From Hyphomicrobiaceae bacterium (GTDB taxonomy: Bacteria > Pseudomonadota > Alphaproteobacteria > Rhizobiales > Hyphomicrobiaceae): a stretch of DNA of 24,000 bases. Positions 17,378 to 24,000 of the stretch are shown here, in pieces. Under the pieces are notes generated by a model. It searched no databases. It was given only the letters and a program-made list of their open reading frames with translations, and had not been told where the DNA came from. The position numbers and the translations under genes were made by a program. Every line of letters starts with the position of its first letter. The first letter of the stretch is position 1. The stretch spans positions 1 through 24,000 of the forward strand of contig JBFWNY010000009.1 in the NCBI GenBank assembly GCA_050250815.1, in the 5' to 3' direction.

Positions 17378-18406
17378 ATGGCGCGCGGCCGTGCCAGGCG
17401 CAGCGGCGAGTACGGCGATTTCTGGCCCGGCTACGTCGACGTGCTCTCGACGCTGCTGCTGGTCGTCATCTTCCTCATGTCGATCTTCATGCTGGCACAG
17501 TACTTCGCCGGGCAGGAGGCGAGCGGCAAGGACGACGCGCTGAAGCGCCTCAACCGGCAGATCGCGGAGCTGACGAGCCTGCTGTCGCTGGAGAAGACGC
17601 GGGCCAAGTCATCCGCCGACGAACTGGCGGAGTTGCAGGCGTCCCTGTCCACACTGAAGGAAGAGAATGCGCGCATATCGGGGTTCGCGCTCACTGGAGA
17701 CGCGCGCGCCAAGACACAGGCCGAACGCATCGGCAGCCTGGAGAGCGATCTGGAGTCGCAGAAGAAGGTATCGGACGAGGCGCTCGCCAAGGTCGACCTG
17801 CTGAACCAGCAGTTGCTCGCGCTCCGCCGCCAGATCGCCGCGCTCAACGACGCCCTGGAAGCCTCCGAGAAAAAGGACCAGGAATCGCAGGACCGAATCA
17901 AGGACCTAGGCAGCCGCCTCAATGCCGCGCTTGCCCGCCAGGTGCAGGAATTGCAGCGCTACCGCTCCGACTTCTTTGGGCGCCTGCGCGAACAGCTCAA
18001 GGAGCGCAAGGACATCCGAGTCGTCGGCGACCGCTTCGTGTTCGAGAGCGAGGTGCTGTTCCCATCAGGCCAGGCCACCATGACGCCCGAGGGCCTGTCC
18101 GCGATGGATGAGCTCGCCCGCGCCATCATCGATCTGTCACACCAGATTCCTTCCGAGATCGACTGGGTGCTGCAGGTCGATGGTCATACCGACATCCGGC
18201 CGATCAACTCCGCGCAGTTCCCCTCCAACTGGGAGCTGTCGACCGCGCGCGCGGTCTCTGTCGTCAAATATCTGGTCTCGCGCGGAGTGCCGGCCAGACG
18301 CGTCGTGGCCGCTGGCTACGGCGAGTTCCAGCCGCTCGAGCAGGGCAACGACGAGGACACGCTGCGCAAGAACCGGCGCATCGAGTTGAAACTCACGAGC
18401 CGCTAG
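17378..18406 (+). CDS. MotB-like / OmpA-domain peptidoglycan-binding subunit with a coiled-coil linker of about 150 residues
   Basis: The N-terminal TM region FWPGYVDVLSTLLLVVIFLM parallels the MotB AYADFMTAMMAFFLV, with the conserved channel Asp at residue 21 here. A long heptad-rich segment covers roughly residues 50-200. The C-terminal OmpA-like domain reads FESEVLFPSGQATM...VDGHTD...NWELSTARAVSVVKYL...GYGEFQP...NRRIELKL. The GGGGAG SD lies inside the 3' end of the upstream gene, and only 3 nt separate its stop from this ATG. Confidence 0.85.
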   Translation: MARGRARRSGEYGDFWPGYVDVLSTLLLVVIFLMSIFMLAQYFAGQEASGKDDALKRLNRQIAELTSLLSLEKTRAKSSADELAELQASLSTLKEENARISGFALTGDARAKTQAERIGSLESDLESQKKVSDEALAKVDLLNQQLLALRRQIAALNDALEASEKKDQESQDRIKDLGSRLNAALARQVQELQRYRSDFFGRLREQLKERKDIRVVGDRFVFESEVLFPSGQATMTPEGLSAMDELARAIIDLSHQIPSEIDWVLQVDGHTDIRPINSAQFPSNWELSTARAVSVVKYLVSRGVPARRVVAAGYGEFQPLEQGNDEDTLRKNRRIELKLTSR

Positions 18407-18554
18407 CGGCCGAACTCGTCTTGCCGTCGAATGAACTCCGCTCAGGCCCGCTTGTGACCCTGAACTGGCATCGCAGCGAAGTTGCTTGAGCAGCTCGATC
18501 GCTTCTGCTTGAGTCACGTTCGCCAATGTAAGGTTGATTGCACTGGGGGCATGG

Positions 18555-19082
18555 ATGTCAAATGAGACGCCAAATAGAGAGCTTATCGAAATATACAAGA
18601 TTTATAGATCGTATGAAGAGCACGAAAACGACCTGCTCAACCATCGAACAGGATGGCTGGTAACCGTTCAGTCAGTTCTGCTCGCGACCTTTGGGTTTTC
18701 TTTTCAGAAGCACTTGGAAATTCTGCAAAAGGTGCTTGCCGTGCCCCCATCAGCCGAGAAGGCTGATATGCAGAATGCTCTATTTCAATTTAAGATCTTT
18801 CTTGCGGCACTTGCGATCATTGGTGTTGTTACATGCTGGGGCTCCTACCGATCCATCAAGGCGGCCCGCGATGCCCAGATTGCGCTTCGCGACAAATACA
18901 ACGTGGAACACAAGGCCAAAGTTGATGTCACACTGAAACTGCCGCCGATTGCCGGCGGAGGAAGCAAATCCGCTGAGGATGCCGGGAGTAATTTTGCCTA
19001 CTTTCTTCCAGGATTCTTCGCCATCCGGTGGGTAATCGTGCTTTTCGGTATTTTACTCGGTGTCAGAGTGCAATTCTCTTGA
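18555..19082 (+). CDS. Orphan low-GC membrane protein (about 175 aa, 3 predicted TM segments), function unknown
   Basis: ATG 18555 follows a GGGGG run; the track start is TTG 18534. N-terminal amphipathic region ELIEIYKIYRSYEEHENDLLNHR, TM1 GWLVTVQSVLLATFGFSF, TM2 FKIFLAALAIIGVVTCWG, a charged loop, then TM3 FAYFLPGFFAIRWVIVLFGILLG. GC is about 40-55% by hand counts, against about 67% in the neighbours. Confidence 0.6.
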   Translation: MSNETPNRELIEIYKIYRSYEEHENDLLNHRTGWLVTVQSVLLATFGFSFQKHLEILQKVLAVPPSAEKADMQNALFQFKIFLAALAIIGVVTCWGSYRSIKAARDAQIALRDKYNVEHKAKVDVTLKLPPIAGGGSKSAEDAGSNFAYFLPGFFAIRWVIVLFGILLGVRVQFS

Positions 19083-19450
19083 AGGTCGCAGCAGTTGAAG
19101 TTCTGCACACGGCTGCCGTGGCGCGATCGACGATTGGGATGGCAGCGAGTTTCCGCTAAGGCCCATTGCAGACATTAAGCCCCGCAGTTGCGACCCCCAC
19201 GCCTGTTATCCTCGGGCTTGTCTCGAGGACCCATCGTGCTGCAGTGTCACGTCGGGTGGTTTGTATGCTTGGCCCAGAAACCCGCGCCAGTGGTTCAATT
19301 TTCCAATGAGACATGGACAAGTTTTTCGCCCCTCAATTGTCCGAACTTACGGTTTGCGGGGCGAAGGAGTTGTCCCCCAACCCGGATTACCTAGCGCATG
19401 CAATCTGGAGCCACATCGCCGGTCTTTCCGGACTCACCCGCGCATCGCGC

Positions 19451-20218
19451 TCAGACGGCAAGGCCTTCGCGCCACGAAAGACCGTCGAGTGTGTTGGCGC
19501 GCGGACGGTACTCGCAGCCTACCCAGCCGCCAAAGCCCGTTGCATCAATCGCCGCGAACAACGCTGGCACGTCAAGCTCACTGGGCACCGGCTCGCCGCG
19601 GTCGGGCGGCCCGGCTATCTGGTAGTGCGCGACGATCGGATGAAAGCGCGCGATAGCCCCGGCCGCGTCTCCCTCCATGCGATGGCGATGGTAGAGGTCG
19701 AGCTGCAGGCGCACGCTGTCCGAGCCGACTTCGTCGATGAGGGCAGCGGCATCCTCCGTGCGTGAGATGAGATAGCCCGGCATGTCGAATGTGTTGATCG
19801 GTTCCACCAGCAGCGTGATGCCCAGGCCGCGAACCGCCGCGGCGGCGGCCCGCAGGTTGCGCACGTAAGTGGCGCGCTGCGCGCCATGCGCCTCAAGGCC
19901 CGCCATGACATGGAGCTGCCGGCAGCCAATCTTCCCTGCGTAGCCGATCGCCTGGGTGAGAGCCGCCTCGAATTCCGCCTCGCGGCCAGTGATGGCTGCA
20001 AGCCCGCGCTCACCCTTGTCCCAAATGCCAGGCGAGACGTTGAACAGCACCGGCTGCAATTCGTGCGCGTCGAGCAAGTCGCGTATCTCGGCCGGCTCGT
20101 AGGCATAGGGAAACAGCATCTCGACGCCACGGAAGCCTGCTTCCGCGGCCGCGGCGAAGCGCTCCAAGAACGGCAGTTCGGCGAACAGGAAGCTCAGGTT
20201 GGCGGCCAGACGTGGCAT
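19451..20218 (-). CDS. hyi: Hydroxypyruvate isomerase family protein (xylose-isomerase-like TIM barrel)
   Basis: MPRLAANLSFLFAELPFLERFAAAAEAGFRGVE... N-terminus and 255-aa length are typical of Hyi/OtnI-type isomerases. Confidence 0.85.
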   Translation of the reverse strand: MPRLAANLSFLFAELPFLERFAAAAEAGFRGVEMLFPYAYEPAEIRDLLDAHELQPVLFNVSPGIWDKGERGLAAITGREAEFEAALTQAIGYAGKIGCRQLHVMAGLEAHGAQRATYVRNLRAAAAAVRGLGITLLVEPINTFDMPGYLISRTEDAAALIDEVGSDSVRLQLDLYHRHRMEGDAAGAIARFHPIVAHYQIAGPPDRGEPVPSELDVPALFAAIDATGFGGWVGCEYRPRANTLDGLSWREGLAV

Positions 20219-20230
20219 CGGCTCACTTCT

Positions 20231-20650
20231 TCACTCGTCGCCGCGCGACGAGCGCAGCTTCTTCACCTGCCCGCGCCGGCCCTTGGCATCGAGCCGGCGG
20301 GTCTTGGAGGCGAGCGTCGGACGCGTCTTGACGCGCGGCTTGGGGGGCACCGCTGCGGCACGCACGACATCGGCAAGCCGGCTGCGGGCGTCCTCGCGAT
20401 TGCGCTCCTGCGTCCGGAAGCGGTCGGCGCGAATGACGATGATGCCGTCATCGGTCATGCGCCGGTCGGCGGTCGCGAGAATGCGCTGACGCACCGCGTC
20501 GGGCAGCGAGGGCGAGCGCGCGACGTCGAAGCGCAGCTCGACGGCGGTCGCGACCTTGTTGACGTTCTGCCCACCGGGACCGGACGCGCGGATGAAGCGC
20601 TCCTCCAGCTCCGCATCATCGATGTGAATGCGATCGGTCACTCTCAGCAT
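20231..20650 (-). CDS. arfB: Alternative ribosome-rescue factor ArfB (peptidyl-tRNA hydrolase, YaeJ family)
   Basis: About 139 aa with SGPGGQNVNKV (GGQ motif) and a basic C-terminal tail (KTRRLDAKGRRGQVKKLR), the defining ArfB architecture. Confidence 0.92.
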   Translation of the reverse strand: MLRVTDRIHIDDAELEERFIRASGPGGQNVNKVATAVELRFDVARSPSLPDAVRQRILATADRRMTDDGIIVIRADRFRTQERNREDARSRLADVVRAAAVPPKPRVKTRPTLASKTRRLDAKGRRGQVKKLRSSRGDE

Positions 20651-20654
20651 GACA

Positions 20655-21170
20655 TCACCGAGGGCCGAGGTTCCAGTAGTCGCCGCGGAAGTAGAGCAGC
20701 GGCTCGGCCTCGGCGCGCATCAGTCCGTCGACGACGCGGCCGATGAAGATCGAATGCGTCGTGAAGCCATGCTGCTCGAGCAATTCGCAATCGAGGCTCG
20801 CCAGGGCTCCTGCCAGAACCGGCGCCCCGGTGGCGAGCCGCTTCCATTCAAGGCCGGCGAAGCGCGCTTCGCCCGTCTCACCCGACTTCCCCGCGAAGCG
20901 TTCCGCAACCGCCTGCTGGTCGCTCGCCAGGATGTTGACCGAGAACGCGCGCGCCCGCGAGATGACGTCGTGGGCGCCGGCCGTGCGCTGGACGCAAACG
21001 AGCACGGTCGGCGGGCTGTCGGACAGCGACGAGAACGCGGTTGCGGTGAGGCCGGCGCGCTCGTCGCCGATGCCACAGGCCACGACGGTAACGGCGCCTG
21101 CCTGATGGCGCATCAGCGCGCGGTAGGCCTGCGATGAAATGCCGGCCTTGTCGCGCGTGGATTTGGTCAT
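20655..21170 (-). CDS. Flavin reductase family protein (FMN-binding split-barrel)
   Basis: The 171-aa C-terminal part of the 412-aa track ORF. FRALMRHQAGAVTVV...GLTATAFSSLSDSPPTVLVCV...HSIFIGRV is typical of HpaC/NtaB-like flavin reductases. Start at ATG 21170. The stop lies 4 nt before the arfB start. Confidence 0.85.
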   Translation of the reverse strand: MTKSTRDKAGISSQAYRALMRHQAGAVTVVACGIGDERAGLTATAFSSLSDSPPTVLVCVQRTAGAHDVISRARAFSVNILASDQQAVAERFAGKSGETGEARFAGLEWKRLATGAPVLAGALASLDCELLEQHGFTTHSIFIGRVVDGLMRAEAEPLLYFRGDYWNLGPR

Positions 21171-21280
21171 CGCCGTCACTTGCAACGTCCTCTGAAGGCT
21201 AACGGACGCGTAGATATAAGGGTTCCTCCGCGTGATTGCATGCGAAACGTCGGCGCGAGGTTGAGTGCGAGCCCACGGCG

Positions 21281-22954
21281 CTACTCTCGCCGTCCGCGGT
21301 GCGGGCCACCGCGCCGCAGCAGCCCGGGTTGCATATCCGCAAGGATGGCACGCGCCGCATTGCGGCCCGGTAGCCCGGTGACGCCGCCGCCCGGATGAGC
21401 GCCCGATCCGCACAGATAAAGCCCTGCAACCGGCATGCGGTAGTCCGCGTGGCCGAGTACGGGTCGCAAGGCGTAGAGCTGCCCGAGCGATAGCTGGCCG
21501 TGGAAGATGTCGCCGTCGATCAGCCCGAAGCGGGTCTCCAAATCGAGCGGTGATAAAACTTGCCGGCCCAGGATGCTCGCGCGGAAGTTGGGCGCGTGTG
21601 CCGTCACGGTTCCGATGACGACGTCGGCGAAGGCCTGCTTCTCGGCCGGATCGGCCCAGCTTCGGCCGCCGGGCAGATGGGGTGCTACGTGCTGGACGAA
21701 GAGGCTCGCCACGTGTTGCCCTGGCGGAGCCAGCGCGGGGTCGAGGGTCGAGGGGATGAGCATCTCGACGACGGGCTGCCTTGCCCAGCCGTGTGCACGC
21801 GCATCCACGTAGGCTTGTTCCAGGTAGGCCAGCGTCGGGCCTATGACGATGCCCGCCCCGTGATGCGCGGCCGCGGTGCGGCCGGGCCGACAAGTGAAGT
21901 CGGGCAACTCGGACAGTGCAACATTCATGCGGAAGGTGCCCGAGCCCGACTTAATGCCCGTGAAGGCCGCACGCGTCGTCTCGGTTACGGCGCCCGCCGG
22001 CACGAGGCGCGAAAAGAGCAGCTTGGGCGGAACACCCGCGGCCACGGCCCGCGCTTGGATTACGCTGCCATCGGTAAGGCGGACCCCGCCAACGGCATCG
22101 TCGTTCTCAACTAGGATCGAAGCCACCTCCGTCTCGGTGCGTATCCTGGCGCCTGCCTCGACAGCCGCCGCCGCCATCGCCTGTGTAATGGCCCCCATGC
22201 CGCCACGGGCATGGCCCCACATGCCGGGCTTGCCGTTGACCTCACCAAAGCAGTGATGGAGCAGCACGTAGGCCGTGCCGGGCGTCGAAGGGGCGGCATA
22301 GGCCCCGACGATGCCGTCGAAGGCGAACGCGCCCTTGACGACCTCGCTCTCGAACCAGCGCGACAGGAAATCTTCCGCGCTCGTGGTCATCAACTCGGCC
22401 AGGAGGCGCTGGTCGGCCAGCGGCCGCCGGGCCAGGTGCCGGCCGACACGACCGGCCCGCAGCGCCTCGATGAGACCACCACCGGCGTTGGGCGGTGCCT
22501 CGTCCATGAGATCGCGGAGAACGCCGGCCGCACGGTCGAGAGCTGCCTCGTACCCGGGCAAGGCCGCCGCGTCACGGGCGGAGAACGGTGCAATGGCCGC
22601 CTGCCTCGCTGCTATGCCGAACGGCATCAGCAGCCCGTGCTTCTCGTCGATCGGCCAGAAGTTGGCCGCCGGGCGCTCCAGAACTTCGAGCCCGTGCCGA
22701 GCGAGTTGCATGTCGGCGATCACGCGAGGACTCAGCAGGCTGACCGTGTAGCTGGCGACCGAATTACGAAAACCGGGATGAAACTCCTCCGTGACGGCCG
22801 CACCGCCCACGACCGGGTTTTTCTCGAGGACGACCACGTCGAGCCCGGCGCGCGCCAGATAGAACGCGGCAACAAGCGCGTTATGCCCGCCACCCACAAT
22901 GGCGACATCATGCGGTGGGGAGGCGCCGGTGGAGGCCGATGTCCGTTCGTTCAT
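21281..22954 (-). CDS. FAD-dependent oxidoreductase, phytoene-desaturase (CrtI)-like family, substrate unknown
   Basis: N-terminal dinucleotide-binding motif DVAIVGGGHNALVAAFYLARAGLDVVVLEKNPVVGGAA. Length 557 aa with a C-terminal GSGAHPGGGVTG motif characteristic of COG1233-type amine-oxidase-fold enzymes. Confidence 0.85.
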   Translation of the reverse strand: MNERTSASTGASPPHDVAIVGGGHNALVAAFYLARAGLDVVVLEKNPVVGGAAVTEEFHPGFRNSVASYTVSLLSPRVIADMQLARHGLEVLERPAANFWPIDEKHGLLMPFGIAARQAAIAPFSARDAAALPGYEAALDRAAGVLRDLMDEAPPNAGGGLIEALRAGRVGRHLARRPLADQRLLAELMTTSAEDFLSRWFESEVVKGAFAFDGIVGAYAAPSTPGTAYVLLHHCFGEVNGKPGMWGHARGGMGAITQAMAAAAVEAGARIRTETEVASILVENDDAVGGVRLTDGSVIQARAVAAGVPPKLLFSRLVPAGAVTETTRAAFTGIKSGSGTFRMNVALSELPDFTCRPGRTAAAHHGAGIVIGPTLAYLEQAYVDARAHGWARQPVVEMLIPSTLDPALAPPGQHVASLFVQHVAPHLPGGRSWADPAEKQAFADVVIGTVTAHAPNFRASILGRQVLSPLDLETRFGLIDGDIFHGQLSLGQLYALRPVLGHADYRMPVAGLYLCGSGAHPGGGVTGLPGRNAARAILADMQPGLLRRGGPHRGRRE

Positions 22955-23168
22955 GGCCGGCGTTGTCGCTCGGAATGTGCCCCGCTGGCAACTGAGCGGC
23001 CGAGAATCCGCCGCGATCGCCGACCAGAATGCGCACTTGGCCTGACGCGCCTCGATGGTCGCGTTAGGATGTCGTCAAGCGCTTCCGTCTAGTCTGTCGG
23101 GTGCGGTTCCCGTATCGGAGACTTGGGACGAGCCGTCGAAAGCGCGCTTCACGATCTGGGATCTCGCG

Positions 23169-23432
23169 ATGAGCACTGCCGCCGAGGCTCCAAGGGTTTC
23201 CGTCTCCGGCACCACCGGGCGCCGGGACGAGGCTGCCCACAGCGCCGCGACGCGTCTTGCTGGCCTCACGCTGATGGCCGGATTGCCAGCGCTTTTCTGG
23301 ACGGGATTGATCGGTGTCGGCTTTTCCGTTGCCGGAAGTCCCTTGAGCGCGGCCACTCTCGGCAAGATTTCGCTCGGTCTCGCCGCCTTCCTCGTCGTCG
23401 TCTGCGCGGCTGTCACTTCGCGTCCGGACTGA
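23169..23432 (+). CDS. Possible small membrane protein (87 aa, 2 TM)
   Basis: In-frame ATG within the 23055..23432 ORF, with two hydrophobic segments (LAGLTLMAGLPALFWTGLIGVGF; ISLGLAAFLVVVCAAV). Weak SD and only moderate GC3. The overlapping antisense ORF looks less protein-like. Confidence 0.35.
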   Translation: MSTAAEAPRVSVSGTTGRRDEAAHSAATRLAGLTLMAGLPALFWTGLIGVGFSVAGSPLSAATLGKISLGLAAFLVVVCAAVTSRPD

Positions 23433-23459
23433 ACGACGCGAGCGGCCTCCCGCCGAGGA

Positions 23460-23750
23460 TCAACCGCCCCAGCTGCAGGTCAGCCGCTGGCAGTTGCGTC
23501 GCCTGTCGCCCACCGAACAGCGCGCCGGCACGAAGCGGCATCTTCGGCACGAGTATGACGACAGACAGCCCCGATAGGACCCGCCGCGGCGAAAGTTGCA
23601 GGTGACGACCGTCTGGCAATCGCGCTGCGGATTGATCACCCCGCCCGGACCGACTTGCGCGACAGCCGCCGGCGCGGACACCATCGGCGCGAGCAGCACC
23701 GTGGCGGCGATCAGGGCGGAGATCGGTCGTTGTACGCGCGTCAGTGCCAT
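23460..23750 (-). CDS. Small secreted cysteine-rich, arginine-rich peptide (96-aa precursor)
   Basis: GGGAG SD 7 nt upstream of the ATG. Signal peptide MALTRVQRPISALIAATVLLAPMVSAPAAVA. The mature part of about 64 aa has 8 Cys (C-x5-C-x10-C-x5-C-x2-C-x6-C-x8-C-x4-C) and many Arg. High GC3. Confidence 0.6.
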   Translation of the reverse strand: MALTRVQRPISALIAATVLLAPMVSAPAAVAQVGPGGVINPQRDCQTVVTCNFRRGGSYRGCLSSYSCRRCRFVPARCSVGDRRRNCQRLTCSWGG

Positions 23751-23923
23751 CAGCCGGCTCCCATGACCGGCCTCGCGTCAACGCGCGGTCCGGTACATGG
23801 GGGCGAGTGTCCGGCAACACCTCGAATGAGGCAACCGAAGACGGGCGACAGGGCAAACGGTGGCCCAGCGCCTGTGCCCGCGCGGCAACGGGACAGCCGA
23901 TGGACGTGTCGCGATTGCAGGAC

Positions 23924-23999
23924 CCTACTCGGCTGCTGCGCGCGCCTTGGGCTGCACCAGCGCCGAATAGTCGGCAACCAGCGCGTGGCAGACGTCCGC
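23924..23999 (-). CDS. Possible 3' end of an unidentified gene that continues beyond the window
   Basis: The minus-strand frame is open to the window edge, ending ...ADVCHALVADYSALVQPKARAAAE-TAG (stop complement at 23924-23926). High GC3. Too short to identify. Confidence 0.25.
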
Positions 24000-24000
24000 C

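Noticed and set aside
16319-19082. A complete Zorya-type defence system (ZorA/ZorB plus ZorC/D or ZorE)
   Set aside because: Only the MotA-like and MotB-like genes are present. The A-subunit tail (about 125 aa) is far shorter than ZorA tails as I recall them. No helicase-, nuclease- or ZorC-like ORF follows, only a 175-aa membrane protein. The resemblance is kept as an analogy only.
19326-19362. Hairpin cgcccc...ggggcg in the low-GC islet as a terminator
   Set aside because: The stem is 6 bp with a loop of about 25 nt, and no U-tract lies 3' of the stem on either strand (the T-run lies 5' of it on the plus strand).
21171-21893. N-terminal 241-aa extension of the 412-aa ORF 20655..21893 (-)
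   Set aside because: The extension is Arg/Pro/Ala-rich, overlaps the 3' end of the oxidoreductase gene in another frame, and has no motif. The flavin-reductase domain begins cleanly at ATG 21170 (MTKSTRDKAG...).
1-23999. CRISPR arrays, tRNA/rRNA genes, IS elements, integrases, prophage genes
   Set aside because: On visual scan I saw no regularly spaced direct repeats, no tRNA T-arm/acceptor-like sequences (GGTTCGAATCC-type), and no transposase or recombinase-like translations in the ORF track. The scan was by eye only, so short or degenerate elements could have been missed.

Overview
This is a high-GC chromosomal segment (about 65-77% GC in hand-counted 60-nt lines of typical genes) that looks alphaproteobacterial, Hyphomicrobiales/Rhizobiales-like. 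It is almost entirely core or housekeeping genes. On the plus strand: the 3' end of soxB with a CcdA/SoxV-like thiol-disulfide transporter, thiD, an exported hypothetical protein, a FadL-family outer-membrane channel, a PLP threonine/serine dehydratase, gap, a PsiE-family membrane protein, class I fba, a thiE-like gene, a Sel1-repeat exported protein and suhB. On the minus strand: the cluster DUF4164-like / zapA / 6S RNA / 5-formyl-THF cyclo-ligase / ymdB / yebC, and a tight cluster of CrtI-family oxidoreductase / flavin reductase / arfB / hyi. I saw no transposase, integrase, tRNA, rRNA or CRISPR array. Four things are most worth a second look. (1) An orphan MotA/ExbB-like plus MotB/OmpA-like pair at 16319-18406, with coiled-coil extensions on both subunits and no flagellar, Tol or TonB context. 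(2) Directly downstream, a roughly 1-kb low-GC islet (18420-19450, about 40-55% GC) carrying one orphan 3-TM protein. (3) A small, signal-peptide-bearing, 8-cysteine, arginine-rich peptide gene at 23460-23750. (4) Several unexplained structured or repeated non-coding stretches. All functional calls come from reading the supplied translations for family-signature motifs and from synteny knowledge. No database search was possible.
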